A stretch of DNA of 63,878 nucleotides, filler included, from Sandaracinaceae bacterium (GTDB lineage: Bacteria > Myxococcota_A > Polyangia > Polyangiales > JADJQN01), in the NCBI GenBank assembly GCA_947483975.1. It is 7 parts of 7 records of this genome, joined end to end, with 100 filler letters (N's around TTAATTAATTAA, not from the genome) between each part and the next. Parts side by side here need not be neighbours in the genome. Positions count along the whole stretch, not along the records: positions 1 to 9,340 come from CANKOL010000206.1; positions 9,441 to 18,777 come from CANKOL010000207.1; 5 more parts are not named here. One strand, written 5' to 3'. The first letter of the stretch is position 1; each line of letters starts with the position of its first letter. Shown here in pieces: positions 7,690-16,507 of the stretch. The position numbers and the translations under genes are program-made. The notes under the pieces were generated by a model that saw only the letters and a list, made by a program, of their open reading frames with translations, had not been told where the DNA came from and ran no database searches.

Positions 7690-9302
7690 GCACCGAGAAG
7701 CCGACGGGCACTGAGAAGCCGACGGGCACTGACCAGCCCGCGCAGCCGCCCGCGAAGCCCGCGCCGCTCGTCTCGCCGTCGCGCACGAGCGCGACAGTGA
7801 ACACTGTCATCGTCTCGGTGCTCGTCGTCGTGCTCGCGGGGCTCGCGAACTACCTCGCGTTCCGGCACTACAAGCGCTTCGACTGGACGCGGCAGAGCAT
7901 CTACTCGCTCTCCGACCGCTCGAAGGTCGTGCTGCACGGGCTCAGCCGCAACCTCGACGTCTACCTGTTCATGTCGCGCGGCGAGCCCGCGCGGGCCGAC
8001 ATCGACGAGCTGCTCGAGCGCTACAAGGCGGAGACGACGCACCTGACGATTCACTCGGTGGACCCCGAGACGCAGCGCACGGAGTTTCAGGTGCTCGCGC
8101 AGCGCTTCGGCGTCGGCGGCTTGCAGAACAGCGAGACGGGCGAGCTCTCGTCGGACGTCGACATCGTCGTCGCGGCGGGCCCGAAGCACTGGAAGATCAC
8201 GCGGGAAGACCTGGTCGAGCTGGATCTGTCCGGGCTCGGCGAGGACGGCGACGCGTCCAACGTCGCGACGAAGGTCAAGAGCGAGCAGGCGCTGACGGGC
8301 GCGATCCTGCAGGTGACGTCGGGGCGCGACACGAAGGTCTGCGTCACGACGGGGCACGGCGAGTGGTCGACCGAGGGGCAGAGCGACCGCTCGCTCGGCT
8401 CCCTCGAGCACGAGCTGCAGCGGTCGAACATCGTGCTCGAGGCGTTCCCGACGCTCGGCGCGGCGACCATCCCGCGCACCTGCGACGCGGTCTTCGTCAT
8501 CGGGCCGCAGACGGCGTTTCAGGAGGCGGAGGCGGGCGCGCTCGCGGCGTACGTGCGCGGCGGCGGCAACCTGCTCGTCACGCTCGATCCGCTCGTCGAG
8601 CGCGACGCGTTCCGCTCGACGGGGCTCGAGGCGATGCTCGGCGGCTTCGGCGTCGCGGTCGACGAGAACATCGTCATCGAGAAGGACCACAGCCTGCTCA
8701 ACCCGGGCGGCGGCGACATCTTCTTCGTCACGACGTACGGCGAGCACGCGACGACGAGCGTGTTCAAGCGCCTGCGGCCGACGACGGCGCTCCGCCTGGC
8801 GCGCAGCATCCGGCCGGTCGACGCCGGCAGCCGCGCGGTGCCGCTGCTCGTGACGAGCGGCGAGGCGTACGGCGAGACGAGCATCGCGGAGCTGGGCGGC
8901 GAGGTCGAGCCCGCGAAGAACGGGCCGGATCGCGGCGGGCCGCTCTCGCTCGCCGTCGCGGTCGACACGCGCGCGCGGCACACGGAGGCCGAGGGCGAGG
9001 CGCCGACGGCGCCGCACGAGACGCGCATGGGCGGCCGGATCATCGTCGTCGGCACGAGCTCTTGGCTCGAGTCGGCGTTCCTCGACCGGCCCGAGGTCGC
9101 GAACTTCGATCTCTCGAGCGCGTGGACCGGGTGGCTCACGCGGCGCGAGGCGCTGATCGCCATCGCCCCGAAGAGCGTGCACGCCCGCGCAGTCGTCATG
9201 GCGGAGGGCGACCTCAGCTCGCTCGCGTTCCGCGTGCTCTTCTTGATGCCGATGGCGGTCCTGCTGCTCGGCATCGCCGTGTGGTGGACCCGCAGGCAGT
9301 AG
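7686..9302 (+). CDS. ABC transporter auxiliary component (GldG-like)
   Basis: N-terminal TM, RFDWTRQSIYSLS, TTGHGE, YVRGGGNLLV, C-terminal TM ending WWTRRQ. GTGA overlap. Confidence 0.85.
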   Translation: MSTEKPTGTEKPTGTDQPAQPPAKPAPLVSPSRTSATVNTVIVSVLVVVLAGLANYLAFRHYKRFDWTRQSIYSLSDRSKVVLHGLSRNLDVYLFMSRGEPARADIDELLERYKAETTHLTIHSVDPETQRTEFQVLAQRFGVGGLQNSETGELSSDVDIVVAAGPKHWKITREDLVELDLSGLGEDGDASNVATKVKSEQALTGAILQVTSGRDTKVCVTTGHGEWSTEGQSDRSLGSLEHELQRSNIVLEAFPTLGAATIPRTCDAVFVIGPQTAFQEAEAGALAAYVRGGGNLLVTLDPLVERDAFRSTGLEAMLGGFGVAVDENIVIEKDHSLLNPGGGDIFFVTTYGEHATTSVFKRLRPTTALRLARSIRPVDAGSRAVPLLVTSGEAYGETSIAELGGEVEPAKNGPDRGGPLSLAVAVDTRARHTEAEGEAPTAPHETRMGGRIIVVGTSSWLESAFLDRPEVANFDLSSAWTGWLTRREALIAIAPKSVHARAVVMAEGDLSSLAFRVLFLMPMAVLLLGIAVWWTRRQ

Positions 9303-9340
9303 CCGGAGGCCGCCCGTGGACGCCCTGCAAGTGTTCTTCA

Positions 9341-9440
9341 NNNNNNNNNNNNNNNNNNNNNNNNNNNNNNNNNNNNNNNNNNNNTTAATTAATTAANNNN
9401 NNNNNNNNNNNNNNNNNNNNNNNNNNNNNNNNNNNNNNNN
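9341..9440. other. Artificial contig linker
   Basis: N44-TTAATTAATTAA-N44. Confidence 0.99.
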
Positions 9441-9724
9441 GCCGGCCGACGCGCCCCGGCGCTCGGAGCGGCCGCAGCACGCGCCGCGGGGCCCACCTTG
9501 GGACCCGGCGCCCGCGCAGCAGGCTGACGACTCTGTGGCTCGTTCGAAGGGGCGTGGCTCGCCGCCGACTCGCTCGCGGCGTCGTCGCCCTCGCCGATGG
9601 CGCTGTCGCCCTTGACCACGATCTCGTGCTCACAGCGCCGACACTTCATACGAAGCGTGCGCCCTTCGATCTTGTCGTCGGCGATCTGATACTTCGCCTT
9701 GCACTGTGGGCAGAGGAACTTCAT
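9441..9724 (-). CDS. MJ0042-type zinc-ribbon protein (AgmX/GltJ-like N-terminus), truncated by contig end
   Basis: MKFLCPQCKAKYQIADDKI..RMKCRRC. Confidence 0.8.
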
Positions 9725-9753
9725 TCGACCTCGGTCGGCGGCTATCTAACTGC

Positions 9754-9845
9754 GCAGCGTCCTGCTGAGCCTGCCTGCGCAGCGTCGAGCTGGGCCTGCC
9801 GGCGGAGCCTTCTGCTGAGCCTACCTACGCAGCGTGCTGCTGAGC
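9754..9845. repeat. 25-bp imperfect tandem repeat, ~3.7 copies
   Basis: GCAGCGTCCTGCTGAGCCTGCCTGC-like units at 9754, 9779, 9804, 9829. Confidence 0.8.
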
Positions 9846-9866
9846 AGGGTTCGGAGCGTGCCCTCC

Positions 9867-11393
9867 TTAGAGCAAGCTCATCAAGTGGTCTTTGATCCCG
9901 CGCTTCGTCTCGTCGTCAGGAGCGGAGCCGAGCGCCCTCTCCCACATCTCCACAGCCTTGTGTTTGAAGCCCGCGCGCTGATAGAGCACTGCCAGATTCT
10001 TCAGCGCGGGGAAGTTCTTCGGAGCGAGATCGACCGCCGTCTCGAGGGCTTGAATGGCCTCGAAGATGTTGTTGTCGCGTCTACCGTAGAGCAGACCGAG
10101 GTGATAGTGGAGTCGAAAAGCGAGCGGGTCGATGCGGACGCCGCGCTTCAAGTGTTCGATGGCGCTGTCGAGATCGCCTGCCTTGAAGGCGTCGATGCCC
10201 GCCGTCAGCGCCGCCCGCGCGTCGTCCGACAGCGCATCCCCGTCGGTCCCGTCGGGCGTGCGCCCCTCCGCCGCGCGCTCGACCGCCGCGAGGACCTCCG
10301 CGATCTTGAACGGCTTCTCGAGGAACGCCTCGACCCCGTAGGACGCCTTCAGATCCTCGGCGAAGCGCCAACCCCGGTAGATCGCGCTGACCATGATGAT
10401 CGGGATGTGGCCGTACCGCTTGCTGCCCTTGATGCGGCGGCAGATGTCGAAGCCGTGCACCTCCGGCAACATCGCGTCGAGCAGGATGACGTCCGGCACA
10501 TGGTCACGCACCGCCGCGAGCGCCTCGAGGCCCCTCGACGCCTCGATCACCTGATAGCCGCGCTCGGTCAGCACCCGGCGCAGCAGCCTGCGGATGTCGT
10601 CCTCGTCGTCGACGACGAGCACCTTGGCGTTCGCTTTGCGCTGAGTCGTCGGCGCCGTCGGCAGGGGCGCGATGCGGGACTCGAACGCCGGATCGAGCGG
10701 GGGCGCTTTCGCCGCGGCGCCCTCGTCCTCCATGATGTCGGCGAACGAGAACTCGTCGTCCTGCGGGGGGGGCGTCTGCCCGCGGGGCGGTGCGGACGAG
10801 TTCGCGATGACGACGCCGCCGCGGTCCGGCATGGGCTCCGGCGGGAGCGAAGGCATGGCGCTCGGGGCCATCGACACCGGACCGAGGCCGATCTGCGCGA
10901 GGTAGTCGGCGGGCACGCTCGGCCCGATGTAATAGGCCTCCCCGCGCTCGAGCATCACGTAGCAGGAGTCGATCAACACCTGCAGCGCCTCGTGCAGCGC
11001 GACGTAGGGGAACGTACGCCGCCCCGTGACGAATTCGATCTCGTCGATCACGCGCCGGTCGCTCGGGTCCGCCATCGCGAGAAAGAGCCTGTCGTCCTTG
11101 ACCAAGATGGGCAGGATCGAGTGCTGCTTGGCGATCTCGAACGGGATGAGCGCGAGGTTCTCGAGGGGCACGACGACCTGCGCGAGGTCCACGCCCGGCA
11201 CGCCGTGCTGCTCCGAGAGCGCCTTCAGCAGGTCGACCTCGGAGACCTTGCCGGACGCAGCCGTGATCGACGCCAGCCGCTTGTCAGGGTGTAAGCGCTG
11301 CTCCTTGAGCAGAGCCTCCAATCCTGCGGTGCTGACGAGCCTCTGCTGAAGCATGATCCGACCGAGCTGCTTCTTGTCGCCGGGACCGGACAT
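9867..11393 (-). CDS. Response regulator with MshEN/T2SSE_N N-terminal domain, REC domain and TPRs
   Basis: QLGRIMLQQRLVS..RLASITAASGKVSEVDLLKALSEQHG, FLAMADP; REC VLVVDD..ILLDAMLP..HGFDIC..EKPF; C-terminal TPR helices. Confidence 0.85.
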   Translation of the reverse strand: MSGPGDKKQLGRIMLQQRLVSTAGLEALLKEQRLHPDKRLASITAASGKVSEVDLLKALSEQHGVPGVDLAQVVVPLENLALIPFEIAKQHSILPILVKDDRLFLAMADPSDRRVIDEIEFVTGRRTFPYVALHEALQVLIDSCYVMLERGEAYYIGPSVPADYLAQIGLGPVSMAPSAMPSLPPEPMPDRGGVVIANSSAPPRGQTPPPQDDEFSFADIMEDEGAAAKAPPLDPAFESRIAPLPTAPTTQRKANAKVLVVDDEDDIRRLLRRVLTERGYQVIEASRGLEALAAVRDHVPDVILLDAMLPEVHGFDICRRIKGSKRYGHIPIIMVSAIYRGWRFAEDLKASYGVEAFLEKPFKIAEVLAAVERAAEGRTPDGTDGDALSDDARAALTAGIDAFKAGDLDSAIEHLKRGVRIDPLAFRLHYHLGLLYGRRDNNIFEAIQALETAVDLAPKNFPALKNLAVLYQRAGFKHKAVEMWERALGSAPDDETKRGIKDHLMSLL

Positions 11394-11477
11394 CGACCTC
11401 GCGCAGGATGGTATCGCGACCGAGCCTCGGGATTCAACGTGCGCGAGCCATGATCGGCGCGGAAATCCGCGAACGAG

Positions 11478-11954
11478 CTACATACCCGAGAGAATCAGGA
11501 ATCCGGCGTCCTTGCGCACGAGGACCATCCGCTGATCGGAGAGCCGCCTCGACCAGTGGTGCCCCCCGCCCATCTCGCCGATGCGGAAGCTCCCCGTGTA
11601 GGTGAGGTCCACGTAGACGCGATCGCCGCGAAGCGTCACGCGGCGGTAGCGGATCTCGAAGCGCACGTCCTCGATCGCGCTGTGGAGCGCCGTGATCTTG
11701 GTGCGCAGGGTCTCGAGGTCCACGTCGTCGCTGCCCGTCACCGTGCCGTTGTGATCGAGGTAATCGGGCGCGGCGAGCGCGAGGAGCTTGCCGACGTCGC
11801 GCGTCTCGACCGCGTGCCGATACGACTCGACGAAGACGATGACGTCGCGGTTCTCCGCGGTGTCCTCGACGTCGGTGTTCGGGATCATCGTCGCGGCGCA
11901 CCCCGACGAGAGCGCAGAGGCAGCGAGCAGGAGAAAGACGGCGAGCTTCGTCAT
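11478..11954 (-). CDS. Lipoprotein, probable NTF2/SnoaL-like fold
   Basis: Lipobox LSSGC; YRHAVETRDVGKLLALAAPDY helix-to-sheet pattern. Confidence 0.7.
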   Translation of the reverse strand: MTKLAVFLLLAASALSSGCAATMIPNTDVEDTAENRDVIVFVESYRHAVETRDVGKLLALAAPDYLDHNGTVTGSDDVDLETLRTKITALHSAIEDVRFEIRYRRVTLRGDRVYVDLTYTGSFRIGEMGGGHHWSRRLSDQRMVLVRKDAGFLILSGM

Positions 11955-12042
11955 CGAGGGCACTCAACGGACGACGCCCCCGGGCTCATTCCCGCGGCGT
12001 CTCCGGCGGGCGATTCTTCACGCGCGCGGCCCGCTCGGCAAG

Positions 12043-12837
12043 CTATCGGTGCACGAACATCGCCATCGTGAAGATGAAGACGTCGTAGATCGCGTGCGTG
12101 TAGACCGCCGTCGCGAAGCCGCGGGCCTTGTAGAGCCCGGCGAGCGCGAGCCCGAACAGCGCGCGAAAAGTGAACGTGAGCAGCAAGAACGAGTCGCCGA
12201 ACGGCCCGACGTAGTGCGCCGCCGAGAAGATCAGAGAGCTGAGCACCGCCGCGAGCCCGTACGCGTAGAGCGGCCGAAGCTGCGTGACCTTCTTGAGCAG
12301 CAGCGCCCCGCCCGTGAAGAGCCCGACCCGAAACACGAGCTCCTCGTGAAAGCCGGCGCCGGCCGAGAGCACGATGGCGTCGATCGGCCCGACCGAGCGC
12401 GGCCCCGTCTGCATCGCGACGAGCGCAGACGGCACGAGCCGCGTCGTGACGTAGCCGACGGTGAACGAGAGCACGAGCGCCCACACCGTGCTCTCGAGGA
12501 GCACCGGGACGAGCGCCCGCGGGTGAAGCTCCCCGCGCCCGCGCAGGCTCGCGAAGGCGATCACGATCCCGATGGCGACGGCGAGCGTGAGCCCGAGGTA
12601 CGCGAGCAGGCTCGCCTGCGCGAGCGCGCGCATCGGCCCCGAGAAGAAGTCCACGCCGTTGCGCGCGTCCGTCAGCAGCAGCCCGACGTGATAGACGAGG
12701 AAGACCGGCGTCGTCAGCACGAGGCTCGTCAGCGGGTCGATGCGCCGGCTGAAGTAGCCGAACAGCCCCTTGCGCGGCGGCCGAGGGACGAGCCCCTCGC
12801 CTGCGCGCCGCCGGACTGGAGTCTGCTGCTCGGGCAT
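12043..12837 (-). CDS. CPBP (Abi/CAAX) intramembrane protease
   Basis: HEELVFR, FSAAHY and HAIYD motifs; multiple TM segments. Confidence 0.88.
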   Translation of the reverse strand: MPEQQTPVRRRAGEGLVPRPPRKGLFGYFSRRIDPLTSLVLTTPVFLVYHVGLLLTDARNGVDFFSGPMRALAQASLLAYLGLTLAVAIGIVIAFASLRGRGELHPRALVPVLLESTVWALVLSFTVGYVTTRLVPSALVAMQTGPRSVGPIDAIVLSAGAGFHEELVFRVGLFTGGALLLKKVTQLRPLYAYGLAAVLSSLIFSAAHYVGPFGDSFLLLTFTFRALFGLALAGLYKARGFATAVYTHAIYDVFIFTMAMFVHR

Positions 12838-13353
12838 CTACTCGAGGGGCGTGAGGCGCACGAGGAGCGTCGAGCCGTCGACGGCGTCGCCCGCCTTGAC
12901 GTGCAGGCTCTCGACCTTGCCGGCGATGAGCGCGCGCAGCTCGTTCTCCATCTTCATCGCCTCGACGATGACGACGGGCTGCTGCGCGGCCACGTCCTCG
13001 CCGACGGCGACGAGCACCTTCACGACGCGCCCCGGCATCGGTGAGCGAACCTCGCGCGAGCCCGCCCCCGCCATGCCCCCGCCGCGCTTGGCCGCGACCG
13101 CGCGCGCCCGCTCGCTCTGCACGGCGACCACGGCCCGCTGCGCGCCCGCCGCGACGTTGAGCGCCTCGGGCTTACCCCCGATGGCGACGTCGAAGACGCG
13201 ACTCCCGAGGCGCAGGCTGACCCCGCCCGGCACCCCGACCGCGTCGACCTCGACGGCGGCGCCATCGAGCGTCACGGCCGAAACCCGCCCATCCGGCGAG
13301 ATCTGCACGTCCACCTCGCGCTCGCGGCCCTCCAGCGTGACCCAGTACTTCAT
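12838..13353 (-). CDS. Biotin carboxyl carrier protein
   Basis: SPMPGRVVKV..VEAMKMENE biotinylation motif. Confidence 0.92.
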   Translation of the reverse strand: MKYWVTLEGREREVDVQISPDGRVSAVTLDGAAVEVDAVGVPGGVSLRLGSRVFDVAIGGKPEALNVAAGAQRAVVAVQSERARAVAAKRGGGMAGAGSREVRSPMPGRVVKVLVAVGEDVAAQQPVVIVEAMKMENELRALIAGKVESLHVKAGDAVDGSTLLVRLTPLE

Positions 13354-13453
13354 GGCCGACGGCTTCTATCGGATTCAGCTGGTGGGCGCAATCGGCGGCA
13401 GCGCGCGGAGCGTGTCGCGGGGACGAGACGCTCCGCGCGGTCCCAGACCCCGC

Positions 13454-14866
13454 CTACTTCGCCGTCACCTGTTGCGGCTGCACCCAGATGGACTCTCCGA
13501 GCTTCGGGTCGTCCCAGTCCACGCCGATCAGCCCGTTTTGCAGGGCGACGACACGCCCCGGATACCACTGCCCATTCGCGTGCTGCGCATGGACCGAGGT
13601 GCCGACCTGCACGCCACTCCCCGCCGCGACACCCTTGGCCGCCGGCGCTCCGCCCTTCGCGTACGGATCCGCCGCGCCCTTCGCGTACGGGTCCGCCGCG
13701 CCCTTCGCGTACGGGTCCGCCGCGCCCTTCGCGTACGGGTCCGCCGCGCCCTTCGCGTACGGGTCATGCCCCTTCTGCGGCTGCTGCTGCGCAGGCTGTC
13801 CGGCGAACTTCCCCTGCGGGGTCTGCTGCTGCTGCATCATCGGTTGTTGCTGCTGCTGCATCATCGGTTGTTGCTGCTGCTGCATCATCGGTTGTTGCTG
13901 CTGCTGCATCATCATGGGCTGCTGCTGCATCATCGGCTGAGGCTGCACCTGCTGCGGCTGCAACCAGCTGTGCAGTCCGAGCTGCGGATTGGCCCAGTCG
14001 ACGCCGATCGCGCCATTCTCCATCGCGACGATCACGCCCGGATACCAGTTGCCGTCCTGCCACTGCCCCAGGACATGAGAGCCAATCTGCAGGGGCGCGG
14101 GCTGCATCTGCGGGGCCATTCCCGGCATCATGCCCTGTCCAGGCATCATCCCCTGACCCGGCATCATGCCCTGTCCAGGCATCATCCCCTGACCCGGCAT
14201 CATGCCCTGTCCAGGCATCATCCCCTGACCCGGCATCATGCCCTGTCCAGGCATCATGCCAGCGGCGCCCATCGCCCCGGCGACCATGCCGACGGCGCCC
14301 ATCGCCCCGCCCGCCATGCCCGGCATCATGCCCTGTCCCTGCATCATGCCCTGTCCGGGCATCATGCCCTGTCCGGGCATCATGCCCTGTCCCTGCATCA
14401 TCCCTTGCCCAGGCGCCATCATCGGAGCCGCAGGCGTGCCACCGATCACCTGAACTTCGACGTTGGTGCCGGGGTCAATCGCGTTGTCGATGTCAGCGGT
14501 CGCGACGACGCGATACTTCACCAGGTTCGGCGTCGTGTTCGGCAGTCCCATGGGAAGTTGCACGTTGAACGGGAACTGCGACGGTTGCCCCGGCGTGCTC
14601 TGGAACGCCGTCGTCACCTCGAAGAACGGGATGACGTCTCGCGAGTGCGTCGTCTGGCGCTGCACCTGCTGTCCGTTGACCAACGCCATCTCCATGCCCG
14701 ACTGCTCGAGCACGAACTTCACCTTGATGTTCGTGATCTGCTGCGCCTTCGTGCCGCCCTGGAAGATCACCGCCCCCGCGAGCGCGCCGTTGGCGGACAC
14801 CTGCATCGACTCCATGCGAACCGAGAGACTGCCCCCACCGCCACTGAATATGTCGAATAGCCCCAT
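13454..14866 (-). CDS. Spo0M/arrestin-like domain, Gln/Met/Gly-rich repeats and two Tudor/SH3-like domains
   Basis: GAVIFQGGTKAQQITNI..FPFNVQLPMGLP..ADIDNAIDP (Spo0M-like); (PGQGMM)n, (PMMQQQQQ)n, (DPYAKGAA)n; two copies of G..V..Q...G.WYPG..V....G.IGVDW. Confidence 0.75.
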   Translation of the reverse strand: MGLFDIFSGGGGSLSVRMESMQVSANGALAGAVIFQGGTKAQQITNIKVKFVLEQSGMEMALVNGQQVQRQTTHSRDVIPFFEVTTAFQSTPGQPSQFPFNVQLPMGLPNTTPNLVKYRVVATADIDNAIDPGTNVEVQVIGGTPAAPMMAPGQGMMQGQGMMPGQGMMPGQGMMQGQGMMPGMAGGAMGAVGMVAGAMGAAGMMPGQGMMPGQGMMPGQGMMPGQGMMPGQGMMPGQGMMPGQGMMPGMAPQMQPAPLQIGSHVLGQWQDGNWYPGVIVAMENGAIGVDWANPQLGLHSWLQPQQVQPQPMMQQQPMMMQQQQQPMMQQQQQPMMQQQQQPMMQQQQTPQGKFAGQPAQQQPQKGHDPYAKGAADPYAKGAADPYAKGAADPYAKGAADPYAKGGAPAAKGVAAGSGVQVGTSVHAQHANGQWYPGRVVALQNGLIGVDWDDPKLGESIWVQPQQVTAK

Positions 14867-14920
14867 GTTCGTCGTCTCCTGTTGCGCTCGAGCGAGCCTT
14901 CGCCTCGCTCGCCTACGTCC

Positions 14921-15472
14921 TCAATGACCGGCCACCGGACTCGCTGCCCCACGCAGGGCCCGGGCGATCAGCCGATCTACCAAGCTCGAAAACCGGCGCG
15001 CGGCACCCGTGCGCCACTTCCCCGCTGCGATCGACAACTCGCACGCATGATGATCGGCGAACTGTAGCTCCACGTGCACATCCCCCGGCGTGCGCGGATG
15101 TTCCGGCGCGCTCAGGGCGCAAAACCCTCGGAGCGTCGTGGTCAGTTGCTCCACCTCGGCGGCAGAGAGCGACGCCGCCCCGGCGCGGTCGCGGCCTGAG
15201 TTGCGGCTGTCGCGGCGCCGATAGGACAGCCGACCATCGCGGAAGAGCGTGAGGCGCTCCGAGGTGAGGAGGTCGAACCCACCGTTGGGGCTTGGCGTCG
15301 TGGAGACCACCGGGACGAGCTCCCACTCGAGGAGCAAGTCCGGGTCGAGACGCTGCGCCGACGCGCTCGAGGGAGCAGCGGCAGCCACCGCCGCGAGCGC
15401 GCAGGCGAGCACCGCCGCGCGCGCGAGGACGGCGGCGGGGAGCACGAGCGCGGGCGCGGAGACGGGTCGCAT
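14921..15472 (-). CDS. Exported hypothetical protein
   Basis: Ala-rich signal peptide ending ASA-Q; GAGG upstream. Confidence 0.55.
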   Translation of the reverse strand: MRPVSAPALVLPAAVLARAAVLACALAAVAAAAPSSASAQRLDPDLLLEWELVPVVSTTPSPNGGFDLLTSERLTLFRDGRLSYRRRDSRNSGRDRAGAASLSAAEVEQLTTTLRGFCALSAPEHPRTPGDVHVELQFADHHACELSIAAGKWRTGAARRFSSLVDRLIARALRGAASPVAGH

Positions 15473-15517
15473 GAGAGTTCACCTCGAAGGACGAAGAGCC
15501 GAGTGGAGCCCGCTCGC

Positions 15518-16444
15518 CTAGAAATTCCCCGCCGACTTCTTCGCCGCCGCGCGCTCGCGCCGCGCGTGCTTCTCCGTCACCTGCAGCTTCCGCTTGGCGA
15601 CCTGCTCCGGCGTCGGCTTTCGTCCGGGGAGCGGCGGCTGCTCGACGTGATGCTCGGCGAACGCGCCCGGCGCGGTGCCCAGCTCGAAGAGCGTGATCTC
15701 GCGCTTGCCGCGGTCGCCGAGGCGCAGCGGCATCACCGCCGCGCCGATGCCGGCGCCGACGTACACCGCGCCGTGCGGGGCTTTCTCGGTCTGCCGCGTG
15801 CCGTAGAGCCCATGCACGTAGCGGTGTCCGGCGAGCTTGCCGATCGCGAGCTCGTGCAGGCGCGCGAAGGTCACCTGCCCCGCGTGCGTGTGCCCCGAGA
15901 GCACGAACGGCACGCCCGCCGCCCAGAGCGCGTCGGCCTCCTCTGCGATGTGCGAGAGACCGAGCGTCGGCACATCGTGCCGCAGCCCCTTCAGCGCCGC
16001 CTCGCGGTCCGCGTGCCCGGTGTACGCGTCGTCGAGCCCGAGCACCTGCAGGCGCTCGCCCCGGAGCGTCAGCAGCGTGTTCCGGTTGTCGAGCACCTCT
16101 GCGCCCGCGCGACGCAGCGCGCGTCGGACCTCGGTCGCGCCCGACCAATAGTCGTGGTTGCCGAGCACCCCGAGCACCGGCGCCTCGAAGCGACGCACGA
16201 CCTCGTAGAGCTCGTCGAGGTAGCTCTGGCTGTGGCAGACGAAGTCGCCGGTGATGACGACGAGGTCCGGGCGCTCGACGTTCGTCTGCTCGACCGCGGC
16301 GAGCTGCACCCGCATCGGCGTCACGCGCCCGACGTGCAGGTCGGTCAGGTGCGCGACGCGCAGCGGACCCATGCGCCCGACGTAGGCAGCAGGGCCTGCG
16401 AACGTGCGCAGCTCGATGCCGACCGGAGACGGAGGCGGCTTCAC
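15518..16444 (-). CDS. Calcineurin-like metallophosphoesterase (YkuE-like)
   Basis: TDLH, ITGD, LGNHD, LSH, SGHTHAGQ. Probable GTG start at 16444. Confidence 0.88.
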   Translation of the reverse strand: MKPPPSPVGIELRTFAGPAAYVGRMGPLRVAHLTDLHVGRVTPMRVQLAAVEQTNVERPDLVVITGDFVCHSQSYLDELYEVVRRFEAPVLGVLGNHDYWSGATEVRRALRRAGAEVLDNRNTLLTLRGERLQVLGLDDAYTGHADREAALKGLRHDVPTLGLSHIAEEADALWAAGVPFVLSGHTHAGQVTFARLHELAIGKLAGHRYVHGLYGTRQTEKAPHGAVYVGAGIGAAVMPLRLGDRGKREITLFELGTAPGAFAEHHVEQPPLPGRKPTPEQVAKRKLQVTEKHARRERAAAKKSAGNF

Positions 16445-16507
16445 AGGGGAATCAATGTACCGCTCGCCGTCGCCCAAGCTAAGCGTTTTTTGCGTATCAT
16501 CGCGCAC

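Noticed and set aside
13488..14453. Cys-rich plus-strand ORFs and CTG/CAT microsatellites
   Set aside because: They are the antisense reading of the polyQ and PGQGMM repeats of the minus-strand gene.
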